64,000 bases of DNA, taken from NCBI GenBank assembly GCA_963827235.1, contig CAWHAE010000010.1, positions 768,001-832,000 of the forward strand. Direction: 5' to 3'. Positions 30,922 to 40,412 of this stretch are shown in pieces. The DNA is from an uncultured bacterium. Its GTDB lineage: Bacteria; Chloroflexota; UBA5177; JANWHV01. The first letter of the stretch is position 1, and every line of letters starts with the position of its first letter. Position numbers and translations under genes: made by a program. The notes beneath the pieces are model-generated. The model was not told the DNA's origin, ran no database searches, and saw only the letters and a program-made list of their open reading frames with translations.

Positions 30922-31028
30922 AGCTGCATCCCTACACTACGTGAGGTGCCTTACACCAGGCGCCCGCGCTACTCCCTCGGCACGCGGTCCGGCTCGCGCC
31001 GCAGACCGCGGCCCTGATCCCAGTCCCG

Positions 31029-31089
31029 TGTAAATCGATTTGGCAATCGATTTGCGCAGAATTATAGGCTCTTGGCCCACCCGTGTCAA
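31029..31089 (-). promoter_or_regulatory. Consensus promoter plus tandem LacI operator for the leftward ARH gene
   Basis: Minus strand TTGACA-17 nt-TATAAT followed by GCAAATCGATTGCCAAATCGATTTACA. Confidence 0.9.
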
Positions 31090-31259
31090 GCAGCACGCTG
31101 TGCCATCGGGGCCGCTCTTTTCTACACACATGCCAGCGCCAAGAGCGCCGGCACACGCAGCTCACCCTGGGTCGAGAGCGGCCCGACCGCCTCGCGCGGG
31201 CGATCTCGCTGCCCAGCGATGACAGCGGCTGGCGCCTGCGCAGGCGTGCCGGAGAGGCC

Positions 31260-31320
31260 TTGACAACGCCCCATGAAGCGCATATAATCCGGTGCAAATC
31301 GATTGCCAAATCGATTTACA
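31260..31320 (+). promoter_or_regulatory. Consensus promoter plus tandem LacI operator for lacI-ABC-ARH
   Basis: TTGACA(31260)-17 nt-TATAAT(31283), then the identical 27-mer at 31294-31320. Confidence 0.9.
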
Positions 31321-31335
31321 AGGGGACGGGAGCAT

Positions 31336-32340
31336 ATGGCTACCATAAGCGACGTAGCGAGGCTGGCCGACGTTTCGGAGACTACCGTCTCGCACGCCCT
31401 GAGCGGCACGAGACGCGTAAGTGCCGCCCTACAGGAGCGCGTCCTGGCCGCTGCAGCCGCCCTGCAGTACCAGCCCGACGCCGCCGCGCGAAGCCTGCGC
31501 ACCAAGAGGACGGACACGCTGGGCCTGCTTGTGCCCGACATCACCAACTCCTGGCACCCCCTCGTCGCCCGCGGCCTGCTGGACGTGACGACGCCCGAGG
31601 GCTATCACACGCTGCTTTGCGCCACGGACGGCCTGGTGCAGCAGGAGAAGGCATTTCTCTCCGAGCTGGTGCGACGACGCGTCGACGGCATCGTCATCGT
31701 TACCCTGAGCTATCCCATGGACGTGCTGCAGCGAGAGCTGCGGGGCACTCCGGCCGTGCTGAGCTGCGTCCCCGACCACCCCATCCCGAACATGGACTAC
31801 ATCGCCTTCGACGAGGTCAAGGCCGCTCGCATGGCAGTCGATTGTCTGATCGAGCGCGGCTGCCGCCGCATAGCCGCGATCACCGGACCAAGGGCCTTTC
31901 CCGGTGCCGGGCGGCGGTACCGCGGCTATCAAGAGGGCCTGGCGGCGCATGGCTTGCCGGTGGACCCGAATCTGGTGGTGGAGGGAGACTACTGGCGGCC
32001 GTCGGGAGCGGCGGCAGTGGCACGCCTGCTCGAGCTGAGTCCGCTGCCCGACGCCATCTTTGCGGCCAATGACCTGATGGCCCTGGGGGCGCTCAGTGCG
32101 TTACGCCATGCCGGCGTCCGTGTTCCCGACGATATCGCGCTCATCGGCTTCGACGATATCCCTGAAACGGAGATCGTCTATCCGCAGCTGACCACAATTC
32201 GCCAGCCGGCGCACGAGATTGGCAAGCAGGCGGGACTACTGCTCCTCAAGAGGCTCGGCAGGATCAGGAGCGATCTGCCCGAGGAGCCCGGGGCGATCGT
32301 GCCCGTGGAGCCCGTGCTCGTGCGCAGGGGCACCGCTTGA
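31336..32340 (+). CDS. LacI family transcriptional regulator
   Basis: TISDVARLADVSETTVSHAL HTH, IFAANDLMA and GFDD. Confidence 0.93.
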   Translation: MATISDVARLADVSETTVSHALSGTRRVSAALQERVLAAAAALQYQPDAAARSLRTKRTDTLGLLVPDITNSWHPLVARGLLDVTTPEGYHTLLCATDGLVQQEKAFLSELVRRRVDGIVIVTLSYPMDVLQRELRGTPAVLSCVPDHPIPNMDYIAFDEVKAARMAVDCLIERGCRRIAAITGPRAFPGAGRRYRGYQEGLAAHGLPVDPNLVVEGDYWRPSGAAAVARLLELSPLPDAIFAANDLMALGALSALRHAGVRVPDDIALIGFDDIPETEIVYPQLTTIRQPAHEIGKQAGLLLLKRLGRIRSDLPEEPGAIVPVEPVLVRRGTA

Positions 32341-32477
32341 ACCGGTCGTGGCGCGATCGCCCGCCGGCACGCAGGAGAACGAGAGAGAAGGAGGTGAGTC
32401 ACCCAAGACCGAAGCTACTCGGAGTCATCGCCGACCACCTTGAGTTGATGTGCATAGTACGCCAGTAGGAGCACACC

Positions 32478-33905
32478 ATGGATGAGCTCACCGAATCCAG
32501 TGTATCCCGGCCGTCCCGACGAGAGGCCCTTGCAGGAGCGGCGAAGATCGCTGTAGCCGCCGCGGGTGCGGCCGCAGGCGCCGGCAGCCTCGGCTCCGTC
32601 GCACGCGCCGCGCGCATAGAGGCGCGCGATCTCGACGCATCGTCAGTAAATCTGACGTGGGTCATAGAGATGAACGATCCGACCGATCAGGGCGTGATCA
32701 AGGACTACTTCATCAAGCCGTACCAGCAGATCCACCCGAACGTCTCCGTCACCCTCCAGGCGCCGGCCGCTACCTCAAACATCGACAGGCTGCTCCAGAC
32801 GCAGTTCGCGGCCGGTGCAGGACCAGATATCTACGACGAGCAGGGTCCTTCGTTCATGCCGCCGTTCATTCAGAACGGGGATGCCGCGCTGTTGGACTCG
32901 TATGCGGCCAAGTACGGCTGGAAAGACAAGCTCTCGTCGTTCGCGCTCAACTCCAGCCTCTATCAAGGCAAGCTCTACTACATCCCAACTGAGTTCGAGA
33001 CCATGTTCCTCTGGTACAACAAGGGGCTGATGCAGAAGCACGGCTGGAAGGTGCCGACGACCTACGACGAGATGATGGCCGTCTCCAAGGAGATCAAGTC
33101 GGCGGGGCTTATCCCGTTCGCCTTCGGCGTGCAGGGTTATCTCGGCGGCTGGGACTGGTGGTACAGCTATTTCCTCAACGCATACCTCGGCACCAAGAAG
33201 CTGTACAGAATCCTGACCGGTCAGGTACCGTGGACCGACCCGGACGTCGCCCAAAGCTTCGCCATGTTCAAGGCGATGTGGGACGCCGGCTACATCATGA
33301 ACAAGCAGACCTCGGCGGTCAACTTCAGTGAGAGCTGGTCGCTGTGGGGCCAGGGCAAGGCAGTCTTCCGCTGTGAAGGCACCTGGGGCTTTGCGCCCGG
33401 CACGGTGTACCAGTACGCGAAGGACATCACCTGGGACGTGGCGCCGCTGCCCACCTGGAAACCGGGCATCGACTATCATTATCCGGTCGGCGTCGGCGAG
33501 GTCAACGTCATCAACCCGAAGAGCAAGAACATCGCCGTGGCGGCCGACTTCTACGACTTCGTGTTCTTCCGCAACCGGCAGCAGATCCTGCAGTGGATGC
33601 CGAAGATGGCAGGCAACTTTGCTCCGCCGCTCAAGTGGAATCTGAGCGACTTTGGCAGCACCTTTGATCCGAGGCTGGCGCAGATCATCGTCTCTACCAG
33701 CAAAGCGATGGCCACCAGCCAGGCCGGCTACCTCTCATGGACGGCCTGGCCGGCAAAGACCGAAGCGTACATGTGGGGCAACATCGAGGACGTCCTTTAC
33801 GGCCGGCGCACGATCGCGGATTACCTGAAGTCCGTGCAGGCGGTATTCGCGGGTGAAAAGGCTGCGGGCGCGTTACCGCAGGTACCCAAGCCCGCCGGCA
33901 TGTAG
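32478..33905 (+). CDS. Carbohydrate ABC transporter substrate-binding protein (Tat signal)
   Basis: SRREALAG twin-arginine leader, LWYNK and PTTYDE motifs. Confidence 0.88.
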   Translation: MDELTESSVSRPSRREALAGAAKIAVAAAGAAAGAGSLGSVARAARIEARDLDASSVNLTWVIEMNDPTDQGVIKDYFIKPYQQIHPNVSVTLQAPAATSNIDRLLQTQFAAGAGPDIYDEQGPSFMPPFIQNGDAALLDSYAAKYGWKDKLSSFALNSSLYQGKLYYIPTEFETMFLWYNKGLMQKHGWKVPTTYDEMMAVSKEIKSAGLIPFAFGVQGYLGGWDWWYSYFLNAYLGTKKLYRILTGQVPWTDPDVAQSFAMFKAMWDAGYIMNKQTSAVNFSESWSLWGQGKAVFRCEGTWGFAPGTVYQYAKDITWDVAPLPTWKPGIDYHYPVGVGEVNVINPKSKNIAVAADFYDFVFFRNRQQILQWMPKMAGNFAPPLKWNLSDFGSTFDPRLAQIIVSTSKAMATSQAGYLSWTAWPAKTEAYMWGNIEDVLYGRRTIADYLKSVQAVFAGEKAAGALPQVPKPAGM

Positions 33906-33930
33906 GTTACTGTCGGGCAGTCAACTACAG

Positions 33931-33975
33931 GGGTGAGAGGGCGGTGCTGTCTCCTGTCAGCCGTCCCTCTCACCC
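33931..33975. repeat. Stem-loop downstream of the SBP gene
   Basis: GGGTGAGAGGGCGG ... CCGTCCCTCTCACCC, about 14 bp with one bulge. Confidence 0.75.
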
Positions 33976-34355
33976 AAAGCCTCCGCCGGCAGTTTACGAT
34001 AGGGAATCACGGGTCAAGACCGGCGGTTAACAGGCTCAGCCAAGGCGACGGGCGGGATGAATCCCGCGCCAAGCAACACCCGCAAGCGGTACCTGGGGGC
34101 CTGCACGCGCCGAAGCGCGGGGCATGACGACCGTCGATATCGCGTTGATCCGCCAGGCAGCCGGAGTGCTGCTCAGCGCGACCGGCCGCATTTCCCACGC
34201 AACCGAACGATGTTGGCACAGGGCCGGCGCTTGGCGACACTCGCACGGGGCGGTGCTGAAACGCGGAGCGTTGAGCGTGCGGCAGAAGCGCGATCAGCCG
34301 CATTCCCCTCAACTGATCGATATTGGAATAGGGAGCCAGGTCCTGAGGAACACTG

Positions 34356-35300
34356 ATGACGACGCTTGATGGTCTCAGTACACCGCAGCTGCAGCCGTCC
34401 GTGCTCACGGGCGCCGCGCGACGTCGCCGCTGGCGACGCCGAATGGCACCGTGGCTGTTCATCTTGCCGGCCGTGGTGCTGCACGTCTGCGTGATCGGCG
34501 CGCCGGCGCTCTACACCTTCTACCTGTCGCTCACAAGCTGGAACGGCTTCACATTCGGTAAGTACGTCGGCCTAGACAACTACCGGCAGGTGTTCCACGA
34601 CAGCACCGCGTTGTTAGCCCTGGAAAACAACATCAAGTGGACGTGCATCTTCCTGACCATCCCCATCGCGTTGGGACTGGGCACGGCGCTGGCGATTTCA
34701 TCGATCCGGCGAGTCGGCCTGCAGATGACCTATCGCACGATATTCTATCTTCCCGCCACGGTGTCGGGCGTCGTGGTCGGCCGGCTGTGGCAGTGGATCT
34801 ATGACCCGTTCTATGGGATAAACACCAAGCTCGCTTCCTGGGGCTGGACCGGACTGGCGCAGAGCTGGCTCGCGGATCCGAACATCGCCCTGTACGCCGT
34901 CGCCAACGCCGACAACTGGCGGTGGTGGGGCTACCTGATGATCATCTTCCTGGCGGCCCTGCACAATGTGGATGCCACGCTGCAGGAAGCTGCTCAGCTC
35001 GACGGATGCAGCCGGTTCCGCATATTCTGGCACATCACACTGCCGAGCCTGAGGCCGACGCTGGTGTTTGTCGGCTTGCTGACCATCATCTGGTCCTTCC
35101 AGGTGATCGAGCTCATCTTCGTGATGACCCAGGGCGGGCCCGCCAATTCCTCGATGACGCTGTCCATGTGGATCTACCAGCAAACGATCTACAACTACAG
35201 CCCGGGCTACGCCAGCGCCATCGCGGTGCTGATGACGGCCGGGATGTCGGTGTTCATCGCCGGCTTTGTCTATTTGCGGCACAAAGGGTGGGATGTATGA
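34356..35300 (+). CDS. Carbohydrate ABC transporter permease
   Basis: VGLDNY, LQEAAQLDG and TQGGPANSS. Confidence 0.9.
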   Translation: MTTLDGLSTPQLQPSVLTGAARRRRWRRRMAPWLFILPAVVLHVCVIGAPALYTFYLSLTSWNGFTFGKYVGLDNYRQVFHDSTALLALENNIKWTCIFLTIPIALGLGTALAISSIRRVGLQMTYRTIFYLPATVSGVVVGRLWQWIYDPFYGINTKLASWGWTGLAQSWLADPNIALYAVANADNWRWWGYLMIIFLAALHNVDATLQEAAQLDGCSRFRIFWHITLPSLRPTLVFVGLLTIIWSFQVIELIFVMTQGGPANSSMTLSMWIYQQTIYNYSPGYASAIAVLMTAGMSVFIAGFVYLRHKGWDV

Positions 35301-36166
35301 GCGCGCCGAGCACTGTTCAGCGACAAGGGAACGGCCTTAGCCGGCTGCGTTCCCTGCGCTCGCTGCCGAAACACGTCATCCTCGTGGTGCTGGCATTCAC
35401 CGCGCTCGCTCCCCTGGTGCTGCTGCTGGTGAACTCGGTAAAGTCCGATCAGGCCATCAAGGCCGACGCGTTCACCTGGCCCGATGGTCTGCACCTGGAG
35501 AACTTTACGAACGCATGGCACGACGCGGACTACGGACCGGCATTCGTCAACAGCATCATCGTCACAGCCTCTACCATCATCATCGTCTGTCTGTTTGGCG
35601 GCATGTGCGCCTACGGACTGGCGCGGTTCAAGATGCCGGGCATGAACATGGTGCTGATCTACCTGTTCATCACTTTCAGCCTCCCCGGGCTGCTGTACCT
35701 GGTGCCGTTGTTCATTCTCTGGCACAACCTGCACCTCCTCGACACACTGCAGGGCATCATCATCATCTACGCGGCACAGCAGATGCCCTTCTCGATCATG
35801 CTCCTGCGCACCTTCTTCGTGGGGCTCCCGGTAGAGCTGGAGGATGCGGCGCGTGTGGACGGCTGCGGCGAGCTCGGGGTCTTCCGGCGCGTGATCTCAC
35901 CGCTGGCCTGGCCTGGATTCGCATCCGTCGGCCTGATCGTGGGCATAGCAAGCTGGAACGAGTTCATCTTTGCCGTCACCTTCCTGCCAAGCCAGGCGGT
36001 GCAGACGGTGGCCGTGCGCTATACCTCATTCTCCGGGACCTACGATCAGGACCTCGCCGCGGCCACGGCAGCAGCAACGATCATGATCTTGCCTGCCATG
36101 ATCCTGTTCCTGCTGCTGCAGAGGCGCTTCGTGGAAGGGATGACCGCCGGCGGCGTGCGTGGGTGA
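35297..36166 (+). CDS. Carbohydrate ABC transporter permease
   Basis: ATGA overlap with the previous gene; ELEDAARVDG and WNEF. Confidence 0.9.
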   Translation: MSAPSTVQRQGNGLSRLRSLRSLPKHVILVVLAFTALAPLVLLLVNSVKSDQAIKADAFTWPDGLHLENFTNAWHDADYGPAFVNSIIVTASTIIIVCLFGGMCAYGLARFKMPGMNMVLIYLFITFSLPGLLYLVPLFILWHNLHLLDTLQGIIIIYAAQQMPFSIMLLRTFFVGLPVELEDAARVDGCGELGVFRRVISPLAWPGFASVGLIVGIASWNEFIFAVTFLPSQAVQTVAVRYTSFSGTYDQDLAAATAAATIMILPAMILFLLLQRRFVEGMTAGGVRG

Positions 36167-36506
36167 TTCGATTGCCGAGAGCCTCGGCAGACGCACGGTG
36201 GGCGACCGTGCCGACATGAGGGGTGAATAAGGCCTCCGTGCGCGTCCGGGCGGAAGTCTGCAATTCACCTACGTGCAAACGCGCGGATCCTGGGTGAAAC
36301 GGCGGCGCCCGGCCGCTCAGGCGCAGCAGGCCGGTCCCGTCCGGCCCGGTGAGGCGAGCGCAGCTCACTATGGGCTGCTACCCGCCGCAGGCCCGGAAGT
36401 CACCAGACGACGGCGGCAGCACGCAGCAGCGCGCATCATACAGTACCAGGGATGGGGAGACTCGAGGGCAGAACTGCCTGAACGTCAGCGGCGAAAGGGT
36501 ATCGCG

Positions 36507-38594
36507 ATGTCAATTCCTTCCGATTACTTGGAGCGCGTCTATGCCGGAGTGCTGGGCAAGCTGATCGGCGTCTATCTGGGTAGACCGTTTGAAGGGTGGG
36601 CGTACGAGCGAATCACGGCCGAGCTGGGAGAGATCGCGGGCTACGTGCATGAACGCTTCGGCTACCCGCTGATCGTCACCGACGACGATATCGCCGGCAC
36701 GTTCACCTTTCTGCGCGCCCTGCCGGACCACGACAACCGGCGCGACCTGAGCGCTCGCGACATCGGCGAGACCTGGCTCAACTACATCATCGAGCAGCGC
36801 TCCATCCTCTGGTGGGGCGGCATGGGAGACTCGACCGAGCACACGGCATACCTCCGACTCAAGTCCGGCATTCCGGCGCCGCGCAGCGGATCCGCTTCGC
36901 TGAACGGCAGGGTCGTGGCGGAGCAGATCGGTGCCCAGATCTTCATCGACGGCTGGGCCATGGTGGCACCGGGCCAACCCGATCTGGCTGCCGACCTGGC
37001 GCGACGAGCCGCGTCGGTCAGTCATGACGGCGAAGCTATCTTCGGCGCTCAGGTGATCGCCGCGATGGAGGCCGAGGCCTTTGTCGAGCGTGACATCCAG
37101 CACCTTCTGGACACAGCGCTGAGCCTGATCCCCTCCAACTCGCTTATCGCTCGCCTGATCGGTGACGTGCGTGAGTGGCACGCCGCCGAGCCGGACTGGC
37201 GCGTGGCGCGCGAGCTGATCGCCGGCCGCTACGGTTACGACACGTACGGCGGCAACTGCCACATGGTCCCCAACCATGCCTTGATCCTGCTCGGCTTGCT
37301 CTATGGCGGCGGCGACATGCGGCGCTCTCTGAGCATCGTCAACACCTGCGGCTGGGATACCGACTGCAATTCGGGCAACCTGGGTTGCCTGCTGGGGATC
37401 AGGAATGGCCTCGAAGCGTTCGAGGCGCTGCCGGACTTGCGAGAGCCGGTGGCCGACCGGCTCTACCTTTCCAGCGCCGATGGCGGCAGAGGCATCTCTG
37501 ACGCGGTGACGGAGGCCTATCACGTGGCCAACGCGGGTCGGGCCCTGGCCGGGTTGTCTTCTCTTGCACCCAAGCGCGGCGCCCGATTTCACTTTGAGCT
37601 GCCCGGATCGGTCCAGGGTTTCCAGGCCGACGACGCCATTCTGGTCGAGAACGTCGCAGGCCCCAGCAGCCTCGGCGAACGTGCGTTGGCGCTGCACTAT
37701 CGCCTGCAGCCCGGTGCAGTGAGTCGCGTTGCCACGCCGACTTTCATCCCGCTCGAGATGGTCCCGGAAACGCACTATATGCTCATGGCAGCGCCGACCG
37801 TGTATCCGGGACAGACCATTCGCGCCACGTTGTCGACCGACGAGACCAATCCCGCACCGGTCACCTGCGGCCTGTTTCTTCGCTACTACGGCCCGCGCGA
37901 CGAGCTGGTCACCGTCGAGGGTCCGGCCGCGGCGCTCAATCCGGGCGCGGCCCAAACACTGGCCTGGCCCATAGGCCGCCTGGATACTCCCACTATCGCG
38001 CAGGTGGGTCTGGCGCTCGCCGGCGCGACGGCCACTGCCGGTACTGTCTACCTGGACGCTCTTTCGTGGGACGGCGCGCCCGACGTTACCCTGACCCGCC
38101 CGCCGTTCGAGGGCACTCTGTGGCGGCGTGTCTGGGTCGACGCCATGGACCACTTCGGTGCACGCTGGCCCGAGCCCTTCCATGTCAGCCAGGATGAAGG
38201 TCGCGGCATGCTGATGACCGGCACCGCTGAATGGAGCGACTATCAGGTCAGCGCCACGGTGATCCCACACGTGGCGGCAGCCTGCGGCATCGCGGCGCGC
38301 GTACAGGGCCTGCGGCGATACTACGCCCTCCTGTTGCGGCGCGAAGGCACAGCGCAACTGGTCAGGATGCTCGAGGGCGAGACGGTGCTGGCGGAGACCA
38401 AGCTGAAGTGGGAGTACGATCGCGGCTACACGCTGCGACTGCAGGCGGAGGGCACACGCCTGAGAGCCTGGCTGGACGGGCAGCTGTACTTTGACGTGCA
38501 GGATGCCTCATTCACGTCGGGTGGAGTGGCTCTCGTGTGCGAAGAGGGCCGCATGGTGACGGATTCCGTTACCGTGAGCCCGGCAACGCCGTGA
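36507..38594 (+). CDS. ADP-ribosylglycohydrolase family protein (paralogue of 28801-30921)
   Basis: Same motifs (VTDDD, GWDTDCN) and collinear with the first copy along its whole length. Confidence 0.88.
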   Translation: MSIPSDYLERVYAGVLGKLIGVYLGRPFEGWAYERITAELGEIAGYVHERFGYPLIVTDDDIAGTFTFLRALPDHDNRRDLSARDIGETWLNYIIEQRSILWWGGMGDSTEHTAYLRLKSGIPAPRSGSASLNGRVVAEQIGAQIFIDGWAMVAPGQPDLAADLARRAASVSHDGEAIFGAQVIAAMEAEAFVERDIQHLLDTALSLIPSNSLIARLIGDVREWHAAEPDWRVARELIAGRYGYDTYGGNCHMVPNHALILLGLLYGGGDMRRSLSIVNTCGWDTDCNSGNLGCLLGIRNGLEAFEALPDLREPVADRLYLSSADGGRGISDAVTEAYHVANAGRALAGLSSLAPKRGARFHFELPGSVQGFQADDAILVENVAGPSSLGERALALHYRLQPGAVSRVATPTFIPLEMVPETHYMLMAAPTVYPGQTIRATLSTDETNPAPVTCGLFLRYYGPRDELVTVEGPAAALNPGAAQTLAWPIGRLDTPTIAQVGLALAGATATAGTVYLDALSWDGAPDVTLTRPPFEGTLWRRVWVDAMDHFGARWPEPFHVSQDEGRGMLMTGTAEWSDYQVSATVIPHVAAACGIAARVQGLRRYYALLLRREGTAQLVRMLEGETVLAETKLKWEYDRGYTLRLQAEGTRLRAWLDGQLYFDVQDASFTSGGVALVCEEGRMVTDSVTVSPATP

Positions 38595-38755
38595 ATCCGG
38601 CGCGAGGACAGCGGAGCGCACTCTCTCGAGGTGCATCAACAACATGATGGTGCGATCGGCGGCCTGCGATCGGCGGCCCCGGCGAGGCCAGTAGGCCGGC
38701 CGCGAGAACAGCCAGTCGTGGCCGAGCGTCCGCCGCCGTGCCCGGAGAAGGCCGC

Positions 38756-39766
38756 CTACGCCGAGAGCCACTCCCGCACGCGATCGTTCACGTACTCGGC
38801 ATCGGCGGCGTTGGGCCCCGCGCCCGCGGTATGCCCCCACAGCGACGGAATAGGCTCTAGCTTCGCACCGGGTATGTGCCGCGCTTCGTAGGCGCTATCG
38901 TCGACCGGGAAATACAGATCGGTGGCACAGGGCATGATCAGCGTGCGCGCTGTGATGGATGCCAGAGCGGCTTCGAGATTGCCCTCGAAGCCGGGCGTCG
39001 CTCCCACGTCGGCGTGCTGCCAGGTCCAGGCCAGGGCGAGCAGATCGTTGGCGTCGTGAGCCAGAAACGAGTCTTCCCAGGCGCGCTCGACGTAGTCCTC
39101 GAGCGACTCGTAGCCCGCTTCGAGATAGAGCTGCTGCCGATAAAACGCCTGGGACATGCCCCAGCCGGCCCACACGCGGCCCAAAGCACGCAAACCGACT
39201 TCCGGCGGCTTCTCGTAGTGCCCGCCCTGCCAGGCGCAGTCGGCACGCAGCGTGGCCATAACGCCTTCGAGGAATACCTTGTTGTGGATGGCGGTGCGCG
39301 CAGAGCCGCAGATGGCGACAGCCCGCTCCACCATGGATGGGTAGGCCACGGCCCATTGGAACGTCTGCTGCGCTCCCATGGAGAAACCGACCACCATTTG
39401 CAGCCGTTCGATGCCGAACACGTCGCTCACAAGCCTGTGCTGGAACGCTACGTTGTCGCAGACCGTGACATGCGGAAAGGCGGGTCCGCCGCACGGTGCC
39501 GGCGTGTTGCTCGGCGACGACGACATCCCGTCGCAGAGCAGGTCCGGCACGATTATGAAGTAGCGGCGCGGGTCCAGTGCCTTGCCCTCCCCTACGAGGT
39601 AGGCGTTGTCCACGTGCGTGCCGCCATAGTGCGTGGGAAACACGATCGCGTTGTCGCGCGCGGCGTTGAGGGTACCGTGGGTGACATAGGCCAGCTTTGC
39701 TGCCGGCAAAGTGCCACCGCACTGCAGGGCACAGTCGCCCAGGTCATAGATCTCGAACCCGTTCAC
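38756..39766 (-). CDS. Homoserine O-acetyltransferase-like alpha/beta hydrolase
   Basis: LAYVTHGTLNAARDNAI, GFSMG nucleophile elbow, DLYF and WGH. GTG start behind GGAGGAGG. Confidence 0.82.
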   Translation of the reverse strand: MNGFEIYDLGDCALQCGGTLPAAKLAYVTHGTLNAARDNAIVFPTHYGGTHVDNAYLVGEGKALDPRRYFIIVPDLLCDGMSSSPSNTPAPCGGPAFPHVTVCDNVAFQHRLVSDVFGIERLQMVVGFSMGAQQTFQWAVAYPSMVERAVAICGSARTAIHNKVFLEGVMATLRADCAWQGGHYEKPPEVGLRALGRVWAGWGMSQAFYRQQLYLEAGYESLEDYVERAWEDSFLAHDANDLLALAWTWQHADVGATPGFEGNLEAALASITARTLIMPCATDLYFPVDDSAYEARHIPGAKLEPIPSLWGHTAGAGPNAADAEYVNDRVREWLSA

Positions 39767-40412
39767 GCGTACTATCCTCCTCCGGCTTGGAGGCCATTCC
39801 TCTGGGGAGCGGCCCTTCTCAGACGTGCGCCGCAGCGAGAGACCGGTCGTGGGCGCCCGACCGGGCGGCGAGCTGCACTCACGCCCGGGCAGGGGTATAG
39901 CCCAAAGGGGTTCAGACATGCAGAAAACAGGCTCAGAACCGGGAAGAGAAGCTCCTCGTGGCCGCGGGCAATGCGGTCGAGGCGTTGGGTTGGGTCCCTC
40001 TTCTGGTGACGCTCCCGTGATGATAGCCGGAGAGCGCCATTATGGACAACTGGCCTGACAAGTATCCTGGAGACAGTTGCCGTCGACATCCGCGCCGGCG
40101 CAGGGTGCGCAGCAGGCCCACTCGAGGCCACGGCAATCCGCTTGGGAGCTTGATCGCCTGGCCGGCAAGGAGTTCGCTGCGCTCGCGCGGTCAGGTCTCA
40201 ACCGGAATTGCCGTGCCGAAACCGGCAGCATGAAGGTGAGACCGCCGCCACGCGTCAGGCAGTCGGGCCGCGACGGCCGGATTCCCGGGCCAGATGGTGT
40301 CTACATATCAGGCAACTCAGAGGTATCCGCCGCGGCTGACGCGCCTTCCCTGCTCGCCTCAGGCTGGGAGCCGCGCCCTTCCTGCCGTCGAAGCCGGCCT
40401 CGGCGCCAGCCG

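Noticed and set aside
28801-38594. Large inverted similarity between the two ARH genes as possible invertible-element or transposon ends
   Set aside because: The similarity is protein-level paralogy with many synonymous differences. No recombinase, terminal repeats or target duplication were seen.
40194-40243. GGTCTCA...TGAGACC inverted pair enclosing a small stem
   Set aside because: Only 7 bp, matches no riboswitch I recognise, and is plausible by chance.
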